Source: Candidatus Altimarinota bacterium (GTDB lineage Bacteria; Patescibacteriota; Gracilibacteria; UBA4473). From it: 64,000 bases of DNA. Under the pieces are notes generated by a model, which made no database searches, was not told where the DNA came from, and was given only the letters and a program-made list of their open reading frames with translations. Positions 50,789-60,103 of the stretch are shown here, in pieces (positions within the stretch are counted from its first letter, which is position 1; the number at the start of each line of letters is the position of its first letter). The DNA lies in assembly GCA_965231215.1 (NCBI GenBank), contig OZ246423.1, positions 384,001 to 448,000 on the forward strand. Direction: 5' to 3'. Both the position numbers and the translations under genes were made by a program.

Positions 50789-50863
50789 TTGACATCCCCA
50801 TAAAATTACCCAAAATCGAAACTGTCCTTACTGATGATTATTTATGTGATCATCGGTTTTTTT
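50789..50863 (+). promoter_or_regulatory. nusA promoter and leader terminator hairpin
   Basis: TTGACA-16-CAAAAT, then ACTGATGATTA/TGATCATCGGT stem and T-tract at 50830-50863. Confidence 0.6.
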
Positions 50864-50892
50864 AGGAAAAATTAAATTTCTTTACACACGCC

Positions 50893-52179
50893 ATGCAAAG
50901 TCAGCTTCAAGCCGCAATTAATCAGCTCTGCGCTGAAAAAAACCTAGATCAAACTATCGTCATTGAGGCGATTGAAAAGGCTATCGCTTTAGCCTATAAA
51001 AAAGATTTTGGTTCTCCACGACAAATTATAAAAGTTGTTTTAGGAGATGATATTTCTCAGATGCGGATCTTTGAAGAAAGAGAAGTCGTAAAAAAAGTAG
51101 AAGATCACGACCTCGATATCACCGAAAAAGACGCCAAAATTATTCGGCCCGATGCCAAAATTGGAGACACTGTTTTTGTTCCCATTCAGCTTACCGAAAA
51201 CTTTGGAAGAATTGCCGCACAAGCCGCTAAACAAGTTATTTCACAAAAACTCAACGAAGCTGAACGTGAAATGCTTTTCCAAAAATTTAAAGACCGCGAA
51301 GGGGAACTGCTCACCGCCAGAGTCCAAAAATCTGATCATGATGCAGCCCTTATTGAAATTGAAGGTGTAGCAACCGTCCTTCACCGAAGACAACAAATCC
51401 CTGGTGAAAAATACTTCACTGGACAACGAATTAAAGTTCTCCTTGAAAAAGTAGAACTCACCTCAAAAGGGCCTCAACTCAGAATTACTCGGGCTACCAA
51501 TGAATTTATCATTGCCCTCTTTGAACAAGAGATTCCAGAAATGCGGGAGGGTCTCGTATATATCGCCAAAATTGCCCGTGAAGCCGGCGTACGATGTAAA
51601 ATGGCCGTAGCTTCAGATGATCAAGGAATTGATCCTGTAGGCGCCTTTGTAGGACAAAAAGGATCTCGAATTAATGCGGTTATGGAGGAAGTTGGAGATG
51701 AAAGACTCGACGTAATTCAACACTACGATGACCCAAAGAAAATGCTCCTTGCCTCTCTATCTCCAGCTAAGATTGCCAAAGTAGAATTCTTTACTGGAGA
51801 ACAAAACGAAGACCGAGTAAAAATCTTCGTACGAGAAGAAGAAAGAGCTATCACTATTGGTAAAAAAGGACAGAATGTTCGACTCGCTGGGAACCTTATT
51901 GATATGCAAGTAGATGTGATCACTTACGATGGTCCTATCGAAGAGGAAGAAGACACCGCCAAACCAGTAGAAAAAGTAAAAAAAGAAGTAAACGAAAATG
52001 TAACTATCGACGAACTCAGTGGTGTAGAACCAGAAGTCATTGAAATGCTCAAAGAACTTGGACTTTCTCAAATCAAACAATTTGAAGGCCTCAAAGCTGA
52101 AGAACTCGCTGAAATTGGTATTACACTAGACCAAGCTAAAGCGGTTATTAGAGCCGTAGAAAAATACCTTAAAGGATAG
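50893..52179 (+). CDS. nusA: Transcription elongation factor NusA
   Basis: FGRIAAQAAKQ, S1, AREAG, DPVGA.VG.KGSR, IGKKGQNVRLA. Confidence 0.97.
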   Translation: MQSQLQAAINQLCAEKNLDQTIVIEAIEKAIALAYKKDFGSPRQIIKVVLGDDISQMRIFEEREVVKKVEDHDLDITEKDAKIIRPDAKIGDTVFVPIQLTENFGRIAAQAAKQVISQKLNEAEREMLFQKFKDREGELLTARVQKSDHDAALIEIEGVATVLHRRQQIPGEKYFTGQRIKVLLEKVELTSKGPQLRITRATNEFIIALFEQEIPEMREGLVYIAKIAREAGVRCKMAVASDDQGIDPVGAFVGQKGSRINAVMEEVGDERLDVIQHYDDPKKMLLASLSPAKIAKVEFFTGEQNEDRVKIFVREEERAITIGKKGQNVRLAGNLIDMQVDVITYDGPIEEEEDTAKPVEKVKKEVNENVTIDELSGVEPEVIEMLKELGLSQIKQFEGLKAEELAEIGITLDQAKAVIRAVEKYLKG

Positions 52180-52193
52180 TTTATGCTCGAACC

Positions 52194-52451
52194 ATGGAAG
52201 TCCTAAAAAAAAGCCAAAAACTTCAAATGTTCATAAACTTTTTTTTAGCCCTGTTCTATTTTGTGGCTATACAATTTTTGATGGGAATCTTTGTCGTTTT
52301 GGCACTAAAAGTACAAGGGAAAGAAGCCTACGCGGCGTTAGAAGCCCTGGAAGAGATTGACGTTATAAGTTTTGTTTTAGGCGCTGTTATTGTAGGTATA
52401 GCTTGGTGGAAATTTAAATCTCAGTTTTTTATTCAACCTCACACACAATAA
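52194..52451 (+). CDS. Hypothetical two-TM membrane protein
   Basis: 85 aa directly after nusA. Confidence 0.6.
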   Translation: MEVLKKSQKLQMFINFFLALFYFVAIQFLMGIFVVLALKVQGKEAYAALEALEEIDVISFVLGAVIVGIAWWKFKSQFFIQPHTQ

Positions 52452-53322
52452 CCTTATCAACCGGTTGATCGTGTCTTTCTGTTGGCACTTCATCAACAAA
52501 CCCAAAAGCAGGAATAATGCTTACAGTCGGTGTCTGTGGATTTAATTGCAAAATAAGACGATCATAAAACCCTTTCCCTTTCCCGAGTCTTTGCCTGTAT
52601 TTATCTATCGCTGTAGAGGGAACTAACACTAAGTCCGTCTTTTCGGGGAATATCCCTTTCCCTTCGGTGACAGGTTCTAAAATATTAAAAGTACCAGATT
52701 TCAGATCTTTATAGTTTTGAATCTCAAAAAAAAGTAAATCATCGGCTACTACTTTTGGGAAGAAATACTTTTTCTCAGGAAATGCCTGCATGAGCTCACT
52801 CACAAAACAAATTTCACGACTCATTTGAGGCGCATAGGCAAATACCTTATCAGCTTCTAAAAACACCGAGTCAGTTGAAATCTGTTCTACCGCTTTTGTA
52901 GCCAGATTTTTTGCATCTTCTAATGAGAGATTTTTCCAGAGGTTAAAAATATGTTCACGCATAAAATGTTTACGGGCCTGAATCACATCTTTTTCTATCT
53001 GAGTAAATAACTGGTCAGCATTTTGGAACTGTTTTACCTCTCGTAGTTTTTTCCCTACTTCCACTCTAAGTTTCTTTCCATAAATATCATCACTGAAATC
53101 CAAAATATGCACTTCAGCAGAAAAATCCCCTCCAAAAGTTTTACGCGCTCCAAAGTGAAGTAATCCATAACGTTCGGTTAAAGGTTTAAGGGGCCAAAAA
53201 ACCTTAACCAGATATACGCCCTCCTCTAACGCTGGCACTTCAGAGAGCAAAAGATTAGCCGTCGCAATACCAAAATGACTCCCTACTTGTGACCCCTGGA
53301 TAACCGTCGCTTCAAATTTCAT
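52429..53322 (-). CDS. Riboflavin kinase fused to 5-formyltetrahydrofolate cyclo-ligase
   Basis: GIATANL, GVY, EVHILDF..DIYG, LREVKQF; then FFPKV, DLVLVP, RLGKGKGFYDR, PTERHDQPVD. Confidence 0.85.
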   Translation of the reverse strand: MKFEATVIQGSQVGSHFGIATANLLLSEVPALEEGVYLVKVFWPLKPLTERYGLLHFGARKTFGGDFSAEVHILDFSDDIYGKKLRVEVGKKLREVKQFQNADQLFTQIEKDVIQARKHFMREHIFNLWKNLSLEDAKNLATKAVEQISTDSVFLEADKVFAYAPQMSREICFVSELMQAFPEKKYFFPKVVADDLLFFEIQNYKDLKSGTFNILEPVTEGKGIFPEKTDLVLVPSTAIDKYRQRLGKGKGFYDRLILQLNPQTPTVSIIPAFGFVDEVPTERHDQPVDKVIVCEVE

Positions 53323-53357
53323 CACCAGAATTTTAGAAAAAATAAATGAAACTTCAA

Positions 53358-53629
53358 TTACTCCTCTTTCAATTTTAAAGCCGCAATCTTCGCCACTAGG
53401 GGCTTATTAAAAGCCGTACCTACAGCCATATATTTCTGTCTTACCTAAGATTCAAATTCCCACCAAGCATGACCCCAGTAAGCTTTTTAGCCTTTACCTC
53501 AGGCGTTAATACCTCTTCAGTTTGGGTAGACAAAGCCTCCGAACCCTACCGGCAATCATCTAAACACGCCTCTAATTTCTCTGTTGAGCCTGGAGTTATT
53601 TTCGTTCGTATGCCTTCAGGTTTAGACAT
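53358..53629 (-). pseudogene. Decayed hypothetical gene
   Basis: TATAAT-6-ATG; MSKPEGIR...DDCR*GSEALSTQ...NLR* plus a shifted-frame tail MAVGTAFNKPLVAKIAALKLKEE*. Confidence 0.4.
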
Positions 53630-53695
53630 CGCACCATTATACCACAAATATAGAAATTTTTGCACTTTTTGTTTAATGCTTAAAGATTGAGGCTT

Positions 53696-55084
53696 TTAGC
53701 TAGTCAAAACCTTTAACCCCGTATGCCTCTTTTGTGTTTTTTTAACTTCAGGCAATTCACCATGAAGCACATAGCCTTTCTGATGTTCTATTTGAACTTG
53801 AACGGCTTTTCCTTTGAGTGGTCTTCCCGCCAAAAACCAAACTTCAAAAAACTCACGACTCCTCCCTACGTTTTTATAGAGACCATTTCCGGCCGGTTCT
53901 GATTTTTCTACCAAAACCTCTAACCTTTCCCCCAAAAATTCAGCTCTCCGAGCAAAAGCCGTTTCTTTAATAATCGCATCAAAGGCATGAAACCGTTTTT
54001 TCTTCTCCTCCATCGCTATAAAGTCTTTTTCCATTCGAGCCGCTGGAGTGTGGCGCCTTGGCGAAAAAATCGCCGTATACGAAAAATCAAATCTCATCTC
54101 CCGTGCAAAATCACAGAGGGCTTTAAAATCAGCTTCCGTTTCCCCAGGAAACCCTACGATAATATCCGTTGCCAGAGTCGTATCTGGCATAGCGGTTCTA
54201 ATCTGTGCGATAATATCTTTATATTTTTCAATAGTGTAATTACGATTCATAGCCCGAAGGGTCTGATTACTTCCATGTTGGACTGGTAGGTGGATATACG
54301 GACAGCTCGTTTTCATAGTAGCCAGAGACTCAATCACATCCTGAGTAAAGTCTTGTGGGTGAGCAGAAGTGAACCGCAATCGCGAAAGCCCTTTCTCATG
54401 AAGCCTATCAATAGCCAAAAGCAATTCAGCAAAACACTTAGAACCCTCTATCCCATCTTTATAGGAGTTCACATTTTGCCCCAAAAGCGTAATTTCAACC
54501 GCCCCCGCTTCTACGTGAGCCTCACACTCTTTCAACACTTCTCCTAGAGGCCGTGAAATCTCTCTTCCTCGGGTATAAGGCACAATACAGTAAGTGCAAA
54601 ACTTATCACATCCCTGCATAATGGGAACAAAGACCTGAGCTTTATTTTCTACCTTTGGCACAATATTAAAATAATTCTCTACTGATCCATTCCCAAAGGT
54701 TTCAGCAAAGGGAGAAAAATCATGGTCTGGGAAATGCGCTTCAAGCAGCTTTGGCACCCGGGCTGTATCTTCAATCCGAAAAACCAAATCAATGGGATCA
54801 TACTGCAACAAATCATCCTTAGATGATTGCTTGTCTCCGGTTTGACGAACCATGCATCCGGTCACCGCTATCTTCATCTGTGGATGAGCCTTTTTTTCGT
54901 TTACCATAAATCCGTATGCCTTATCCTCAGATTTTTGTCTTACAGAGCAGGTATTAACAATCAAAAGATCGGCTGCTTTCTCATGAGATCTCCTAAATCC
55001 AGATTGTTCTAAAACCTTTGCCACTCTTTCTGAATCTGAGTGATTCATCTGACATCCAAAAGTACGAATTTGGTAGGTTTTCAT
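53696..55084 (-). CDS. miaB: tRNA (ms2i6A37) methylthiotransferase
   Basis: TFGCQMN, NTCSVR, GCDKFCTYCIVP, LLGQNVNSY, TDIIVGFPGET, TRAM. Confidence 0.95.
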   Translation of the reverse strand: MKTYQIRTFGCQMNHSDSERVAKVLEQSGFRRSHEKAADLLIVNTCSVRQKSEDKAYGFMVNEKKAHPQMKIAVTGCMVRQTGDKQSSKDDLLQYDPIDLVFRIEDTARVPKLLEAHFPDHDFSPFAETFGNGSVENYFNIVPKVENKAQVFVPIMQGCDKFCTYCIVPYTRGREISRPLGEVLKECEAHVEAGAVEITLLGQNVNSYKDGIEGSKCFAELLLAIDRLHEKGLSRLRFTSAHPQDFTQDVIESLATMKTSCPYIHLPVQHGSNQTLRAMNRNYTIEKYKDIIAQIRTAMPDTTLATDIIVGFPGETEADFKALCDFAREMRFDFSYTAIFSPRRHTPAARMEKDFIAMEEKKKRFHAFDAIIKETAFARRAEFLGERLEVLVEKSEPAGNGLYKNVGRSREFFEVWFLAGRPLKGKAVQVQIEHQKGYVLHGELPEVKKTQKRHTGLKVLTS

Positions 55085-55159
55085 AGTTTCTTTGTTTGTA
55101 GTTATTTAAAATAAAAAAACAAAATTGACTTTATATGAAAATAATTTATAATGATGCAG

Positions 55160-55879
55160 ATGGAAAAAGAACCCGAAACTCTACTAGAAAAAGTATTTCC
55201 CCCAGGTAATGAAGATAAACTAGGTGATCATGGTGAAAACCTGAGTGAAAAACCCCCTGTAGGTCATCTTATAGATTGCCTAGAGGATGAAAACCTTCCT
55301 ATAGTTATTAATACCATTAGAGAGCTTAATGAAAAAGGCTTCATAGAAGACTATCACATTAAAATATCTCCAGGAGGAGATACTATGTTTTATCTAAAAT
55401 CAGCCGGGATTCTCCCCCAAAGTAAATTAAATGAAAAACAAGCAGAGAGCGTTTCTGGTATAAAAGAAAACTGGCCACCAAATTTTAAAACGCTAAAAGC
55501 CAACGGAATAAAACCTGACGAATTGTCTCTTCAGGCAAATAAAACTGTAAAATTAATCGTTTTATCTACAACACTGAAAGAAAAAACATTTAAAGAAGAT
55601 TTAGACGCCCTCTGCAAAGAACATGAAACTGACCCTTCTATATTTGAAAGAATTATTGAAGACAACTTATCTTCAGAATATAAAGAATGGGTAGCCGTTA
55701 ATGGAGAAAAATTTCACAAAGAACTTGTAGGGGTCATCAAAAAACACCAGTCAGATCTAAACTCAAAACATTCTGATCTTATCATTAATATCTGGAATAA
55801 TTTTAGTTCCATCCTGTTATTACATTACTATACAGTCCAAGCACAAAAGAAAGTAGAAAAGGCTAGTGGTACAGAATAA
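55160..55879 (+). CDS. Hypothetical protein
   Basis: Long ORF; TTGACT-16-TATAAT 7 nt before ATG 55160. Confidence 0.7.
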   Translation: MEKEPETLLEKVFPPGNEDKLGDHGENLSEKPPVGHLIDCLEDENLPIVINTIRELNEKGFIEDYHIKISPGGDTMFYLKSAGILPQSKLNEKQAESVSGIKENWPPNFKTLKANGIKPDELSLQANKTVKLIVLSTTLKEKTFKEDLDALCKEHETDPSIFERIIEDNLSSEYKEWVAVNGEKFHKELVGVIKKHQSDLNSKHSDLIINIWNNFSSILLLHYYTVQAQKKVEKASGTE

Positions 55880-55940
55880 TCAAAAATTTGTAAGAATCAT
55901 TTGTGTGCCAACTAAGTATTTGTATGGTGCTGAATGAAAA

Positions 55941-56627
55941 ATGGCACCCAACAAACTTGAAGGAAAAGAAATCAACGGTCCAACCGACATTGAATCCCCT
56001 GGATTTGAGACCGATGTTCCCCCTTTAGAAAACCCAGTTCACACACTGCTGGAAAGGCTTCAAACAATAATTACTGATCCTGATGCAGAACTCCGAGCAG
56101 AAGCTCTAGAATCCTCCAATTCGGCAGAAGCTTTAATGATGAACACTATAGATTTTTGTAACAATCCTCAACGATCCATAAAAGAAAAAATTCTAGCTAT
56201 AGAAAATACTTTCAAAAATTTAATGTCAAAATCCAGACCTCCATTAGAAAGTATAGCACTTGTACTTATACTTCGTGGAAAAATTTTAAGAGTAGTTTTT
56301 GAAGGGGAAGATACAGCTTTTATAGCTGCTTATACAAAACTTGAAAAATCTCTAGGAATTGATCAATACCAGTTAAAAACCATACATCCTGGCGATGTTC
56401 TAGGATTAACCGAAACTTTTGAGGTGGAAGTAAAAGACTCACCGAGAGAAGTCATATATCGTAAATGGGTAGCTCATCCAACACTTAATAATGGCGAACC
56501 ATTCCCAGTAAGTCAAACGATACTCTCCGGAGGAGGCCATAAAGCACTCGTAATCCTTGAACAAAACATAAATCCTGATGGCAGCTTAACTCCTGGGGTT
56601 ATGAGAAGAATACCTAGAAAAAAGTAA
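55941..56627 (+). CDS. Hypothetical protein
   Basis: 228-aa ORF, no recognised motif. Confidence 0.7.
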   Translation: MAPNKLEGKEINGPTDIESPGFETDVPPLENPVHTLLERLQTIITDPDAELRAEALESSNSAEALMMNTIDFCNNPQRSIKEKILAIENTFKNLMSKSRPPLESIALVLILRGKILRVVFEGEDTAFIAAYTKLEKSLGIDQYQLKTIHPGDVLGLTETFEVEVKDSPREVIYRKWVAHPTLNNGEPFPVSQTILSGGGHKALVILEQNINPDGSLTPGVMRRIPRKK

Positions 56628-56635
56628 GATACTGC

Positions 56636-57571
56636 CTAGAAATAAAGCTGACTTACACTTTTTTGCTCTGCTACATTGTTCATCACATCAGCCAGTAAAT
56701 CTGCCATAGAAATTTGGTGGAAGTTTTTGGGTGGATTTTCTACGGGCAATGAGTCTGTACAGACAATTTTAGAAAAATTAGCCTCGGTTAAACGCTCTCG
56801 TGCTGGCCCAGAAAAAATGGGGTGGGTCGCACACAGATGAACCTCATCATTAGCTCCAGCAGCAACTAAGGCCTTTTTAGCCGCGCATACAGACCCAGCC
56901 GTATCCACCATGTCATCTACCAAAATTGGCGTTTTTCCTTCCACATCTCCGATAACATGACTGACCTCAGACTGGTTATGTTCTGGCCGTTGTTTATGCA
57001 ATATTGCCATAGGCACCCCTAGTTCATCCGCAAATTTCTTAGCCATTTTGGCGCCCCCGGCATCAGGTGAAACCACGACTGCATTGTCTAATTTTTCAGC
57101 CTTAAAGTAATCTACAAAATATTTTCTCGGGTTGAGATTATCTAAAGGTTTATCAAAAAATCCTTGAATCTGGTCTGAATGCAAATGTACTGTAACAATA
57201 TGGTCTGCCCCAGCCTGAACAATTAGATCCGCCATAAGCTTAGCCGAAATCCCTTCCCTCGCTGCATGAATTTTATCTTGCCGAGAATAAGCAAAATAGG
57301 GCAGCACCACGTGCACCTTACTGGCAAAACTCTGTTTAGCGGCATCAATCATCAAAAACAACTCCATCAAGTCATCATTCATATGCCCCGTTCGACAAGT
57401 CTGAATCAAAAACACCTCCTGTCCTCTAAAACTTTCATCAAATTTTATATACATTTCTCCGCAGGCAAATTGCTTTCTGATCATAGGTGAAATTTGCTTC
57501 CCAAGCTTGTGAGCAATAGCTTCAGCTAACTGAGGATGACTGGTGCCGGTAAAAATTTTGTAGGGGATCAT
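56636..57571 (-). CDS. prs: Ribose-phosphate pyrophosphokinase
   Basis: PYFAYSRQD, LHSDQIQGFF, VSPDAGG, VDDMVDTAGS. Confidence 0.97.
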   Translation of the reverse strand: MIPYKIFTGTSHPQLAEAIAHKLGKQISPMIRKQFACGEMYIKFDESFRGQEVFLIQTCRTGHMNDDLMELFLMIDAAKQSFASKVHVVLPYFAYSRQDKIHAAREGISAKLMADLIVQAGADHIVTVHLHSDQIQGFFDKPLDNLNPRKYFVDYFKAEKLDNAVVVSPDAGGAKMAKKFADELGVPMAILHKQRPEHNQSEVSHVIGDVEGKTPILVDDMVDTAGSVCAAKKALVAAGANDEVHLCATHPIFSGPARERLTEANFSKIVCTDSLPVENPPKNFHQISMADLLADVMNNVAEQKSVSQLYF

Positions 57572-57745
57572 CAATCGAATCATAAACACTTAAACAGAAA
57601 TTCAAAACCTAAATATGCAAACCCGTAAAGCCAACTCCTAAAAAATTCGAAACTAAAGTTCAGTAATAAATTTGCGAGTTAAAAAAAATATAACTAGACT
57701 TGGGACACAAAAGTCAAAAAAATTCTGTTAAACCCTCTTATCAAC

Positions 57746-58003
57746 ATGAATAAATATCGAGCAATATCCGGTGTTTGCCTACTTGGTTCGGCCTTTTTAT
57801 TTTATTCAGCTTTTTGTTTAGTACAATGCGGCGATAGCCATTGTCCTTGGCAGAAATCCGCTTACGCCCAGAATATAACGGTGGATGTTCCCACTGACTA
57901 CAACAACCTCTGGTCAGGGAGAAACAGTCCGGAATTTTATACGACTACGCCAGGGGCTAACGTAACTATTGTCACTCGGGTAGTCACCGGCGGAGGACAT
58001 TAA
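57746..58003 (+). CDS. Small exported hypothetical protein
   Basis: Hydrophobic leader ending AYA-Q; first gene of a co-oriented cluster. Confidence 0.55.
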   Translation: MNKYRAISGVCLLGSAFLFYSAFCLVQCGDSHCPWQKSAYAQNITVDVPTDYNNLWSGRNSPEFYTTTPGANVTIVTRVVTGGGH

Positions 58004-58019
58004 AATATTTTTGAAAACC

Positions 58020-60086
58020 ATGAAAAAACATATATCCACTTCGAAAACCAGACATTCGGTTTCTCTACTACTTTTAGGGTTATTGACTCTGAACGTAATC
58101 CCTACTACGGCACAGGCAGAAGAAAGCTCTCCTGAAAGTGCCTGTTTTGAAATTTTGACCCAGGAAGCCAAAAACAATAGTCAATTTGCTCGTTTGGATC
58201 TGAGCCAAGTAAAGAAAGTGAATACAAGAAGAGGTCGAGACATTAGCTCCAAACCTTTTGCAGTGAACACTTATGAAAAATTCAAGGAAATTTTTAATAC
58301 TCCGATACCCAAAAGTTCCGGGCATCTGCCGAAGTTTCCTCACCGAATAGACGAAATCCCCCGACTCTACAGACATACTCCCCAAATACACAAATCCAAT
58401 CGCCCTAATATTATGGTTGTCATCGCCAACGGCCCCAAAACCGACATTGGCAATGTAGACAATGATCCGGCAACAGAGTACATAAACGGATATTTTTTGG
58501 ATACTCGATATGTAACTTTTGGCAGGGCGACCGATTTCACCTTTTCATTTCCGTCTCTGGATCCGAACGCTCATGAATCCGAAGATTTTCCGTATGGAGC
58601 GCCTTACCAAGACATGCGAGAGTACCTTCTCTTTACCCATCACCTGAGTCCAGAAAAAGGCGGAGACTTTGTAAACTGCGGGCTGGTGAGCCTTACCCCT
58701 TTGGGAGACTATAAACTCAAAGCTCAAACTCCCAATGAAAAATCCATAAGGTGGCAATATTACGGGGGGGATAGAGTCCTAGGAACCGACTTTAAAAATA
58801 GAGATATCCACAGTTACAATAACGATGATGATGAAAGCAACCATAATAACAGAGGCAATTTTAGAGTTTCGGACGTAAGATTTACAATAGCGGCCAAAGA
58901 AATAGGCGAAGACCAGATCCCTAATTACGACAATGATCTGGCCAGAGTCAATGCTATTAATGTCACCTACGATAACGGTAATTCTTATTATAACGGATAT
59001 CCTCTGGCCAAAATAGCCGAACAAGTAATGACCGACCCGAAAAATCAAGACTTGACCTATTTGGAATTGAGAGCCCTTTTTTACCAAGCCATAACCGAAA
59101 CTCTAGACCTGGGCATCATGGGGGAAGGTTCTGATTTGGCATTCGAGTCACAGCTTTTGGCCAGCACATTAGAGCAACCCAATACTAATTCTCAAAGTCA
59201 TAGTGGTCCCATCATTATGGAGAAATTTCCCTACGAAACCTTCCGGGAAGTTCAAAAAATCAAGGATGAGGCGACTCGAGATTGGCTTATTGCCGCCGGA
59301 GCCGCCGGACATATCGAAAGTTCATTAGGCCTTAGGAATAGAACGGATCTAAACACTTTTGAGAAAAACGCATTAGAAAACCCCCTAACATTAGAACAAA
59401 AAATAGAAAACATACAGTATGTGGTAGACCAGGCGGAAGATGTGGCAGATATCAATCTGAACGACATTGAATATAAAGACGTTGTTTTCGGAGAGGCCGT
59501 TATTCCTGCCAGCGACAAGAGAGTTAAAGAAATAGCCAAATCAGCCTACCTACAACCCGAAATTGATGCACTTATGACACAAAAAGAGCAGGAAATACAA
59601 ACCCTAAAAAATGCACAAAATCCAACCGATTCGAGTCTTCCCGATCAGCAAAAAAACTTCGGACAAATACAGAAAATCGAAGACCGTTACTTTGGGAAAC
59701 TCAACACCTTGATGTCATTTGAGAACGAATATAAAACCCTTAAAATCGAAGCCCTGGCAATAAAAAACAAGCATAAATCTAAGCGGATCAACCAAACACA
59801 ATACGAAAGTCAGGCGCAAAAAGTATTGAAAGATTTCCAATCTTTGGTTCAAAAAACAAAAGTGAAAGGCCAAAGCCTCATTACCCCGACAAGAATCGAT
59901 GAGCTCTCCGGTGGCCTCTTTGGAAACATCTCTAAAAAGAACATAACGGAGTTAACCGCAGAACCTCCACAAGCGTCACACGACTTGACTAAATACATGA
60001 ACTGGGGATTTGCTCTGTTTTTAGTAGTTCTAGCCTTCGCTTTAGCCTGTTTAGGACTAGTAAGCCTGAAAAAAAGTAAAAAATAA
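58020..60086 (+). CDS. Exported protein with C-terminal membrane anchor
   Basis: Signal peptide (AQA-E); C-terminal TM plus KKSKK. Confidence 0.78.
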   Translation: MKKHISTSKTRHSVSLLLLGLLTLNVIPTTAQAEESSPESACFEILTQEAKNNSQFARLDLSQVKKVNTRRGRDISSKPFAVNTYEKFKEIFNTPIPKSSGHLPKFPHRIDEIPRLYRHTPQIHKSNRPNIMVVIANGPKTDIGNVDNDPATEYINGYFLDTRYVTFGRATDFTFSFPSLDPNAHESEDFPYGAPYQDMREYLLFTHHLSPEKGGDFVNCGLVSLTPLGDYKLKAQTPNEKSIRWQYYGGDRVLGTDFKNRDIHSYNNDDDESNHNNRGNFRVSDVRFTIAAKEIGEDQIPNYDNDLARVNAINVTYDNGNSYYNGYPLAKIAEQVMTDPKNQDLTYLELRALFYQAITETLDLGIMGEGSDLAFESQLLASTLEQPNTNSQSHSGPIIMEKFPYETFREVQKIKDEATRDWLIAAGAAGHIESSLGLRNRTDLNTFEKNALENPLTLEQKIENIQYVVDQAEDVADINLNDIEYKDVVFGEAVIPASDKRVKEIAKSAYLQPEIDALMTQKEQEIQTLKNAQNPTDSSLPDQQKNFGQIQKIEDRYFGKLNTLMSFENEYKTLKIEALAIKNKHKSKRINQTQYESQAQKVLKDFQSLVQKTKVKGQSLITPTRIDELSGGLFGNISKKNITELTAEPPQASHDLTKYMNWGFALFLVVLAFALACLGLVSLKKSKK

Positions 60087-60103
60087 AAACACTCTCGAAA
60101 AAC

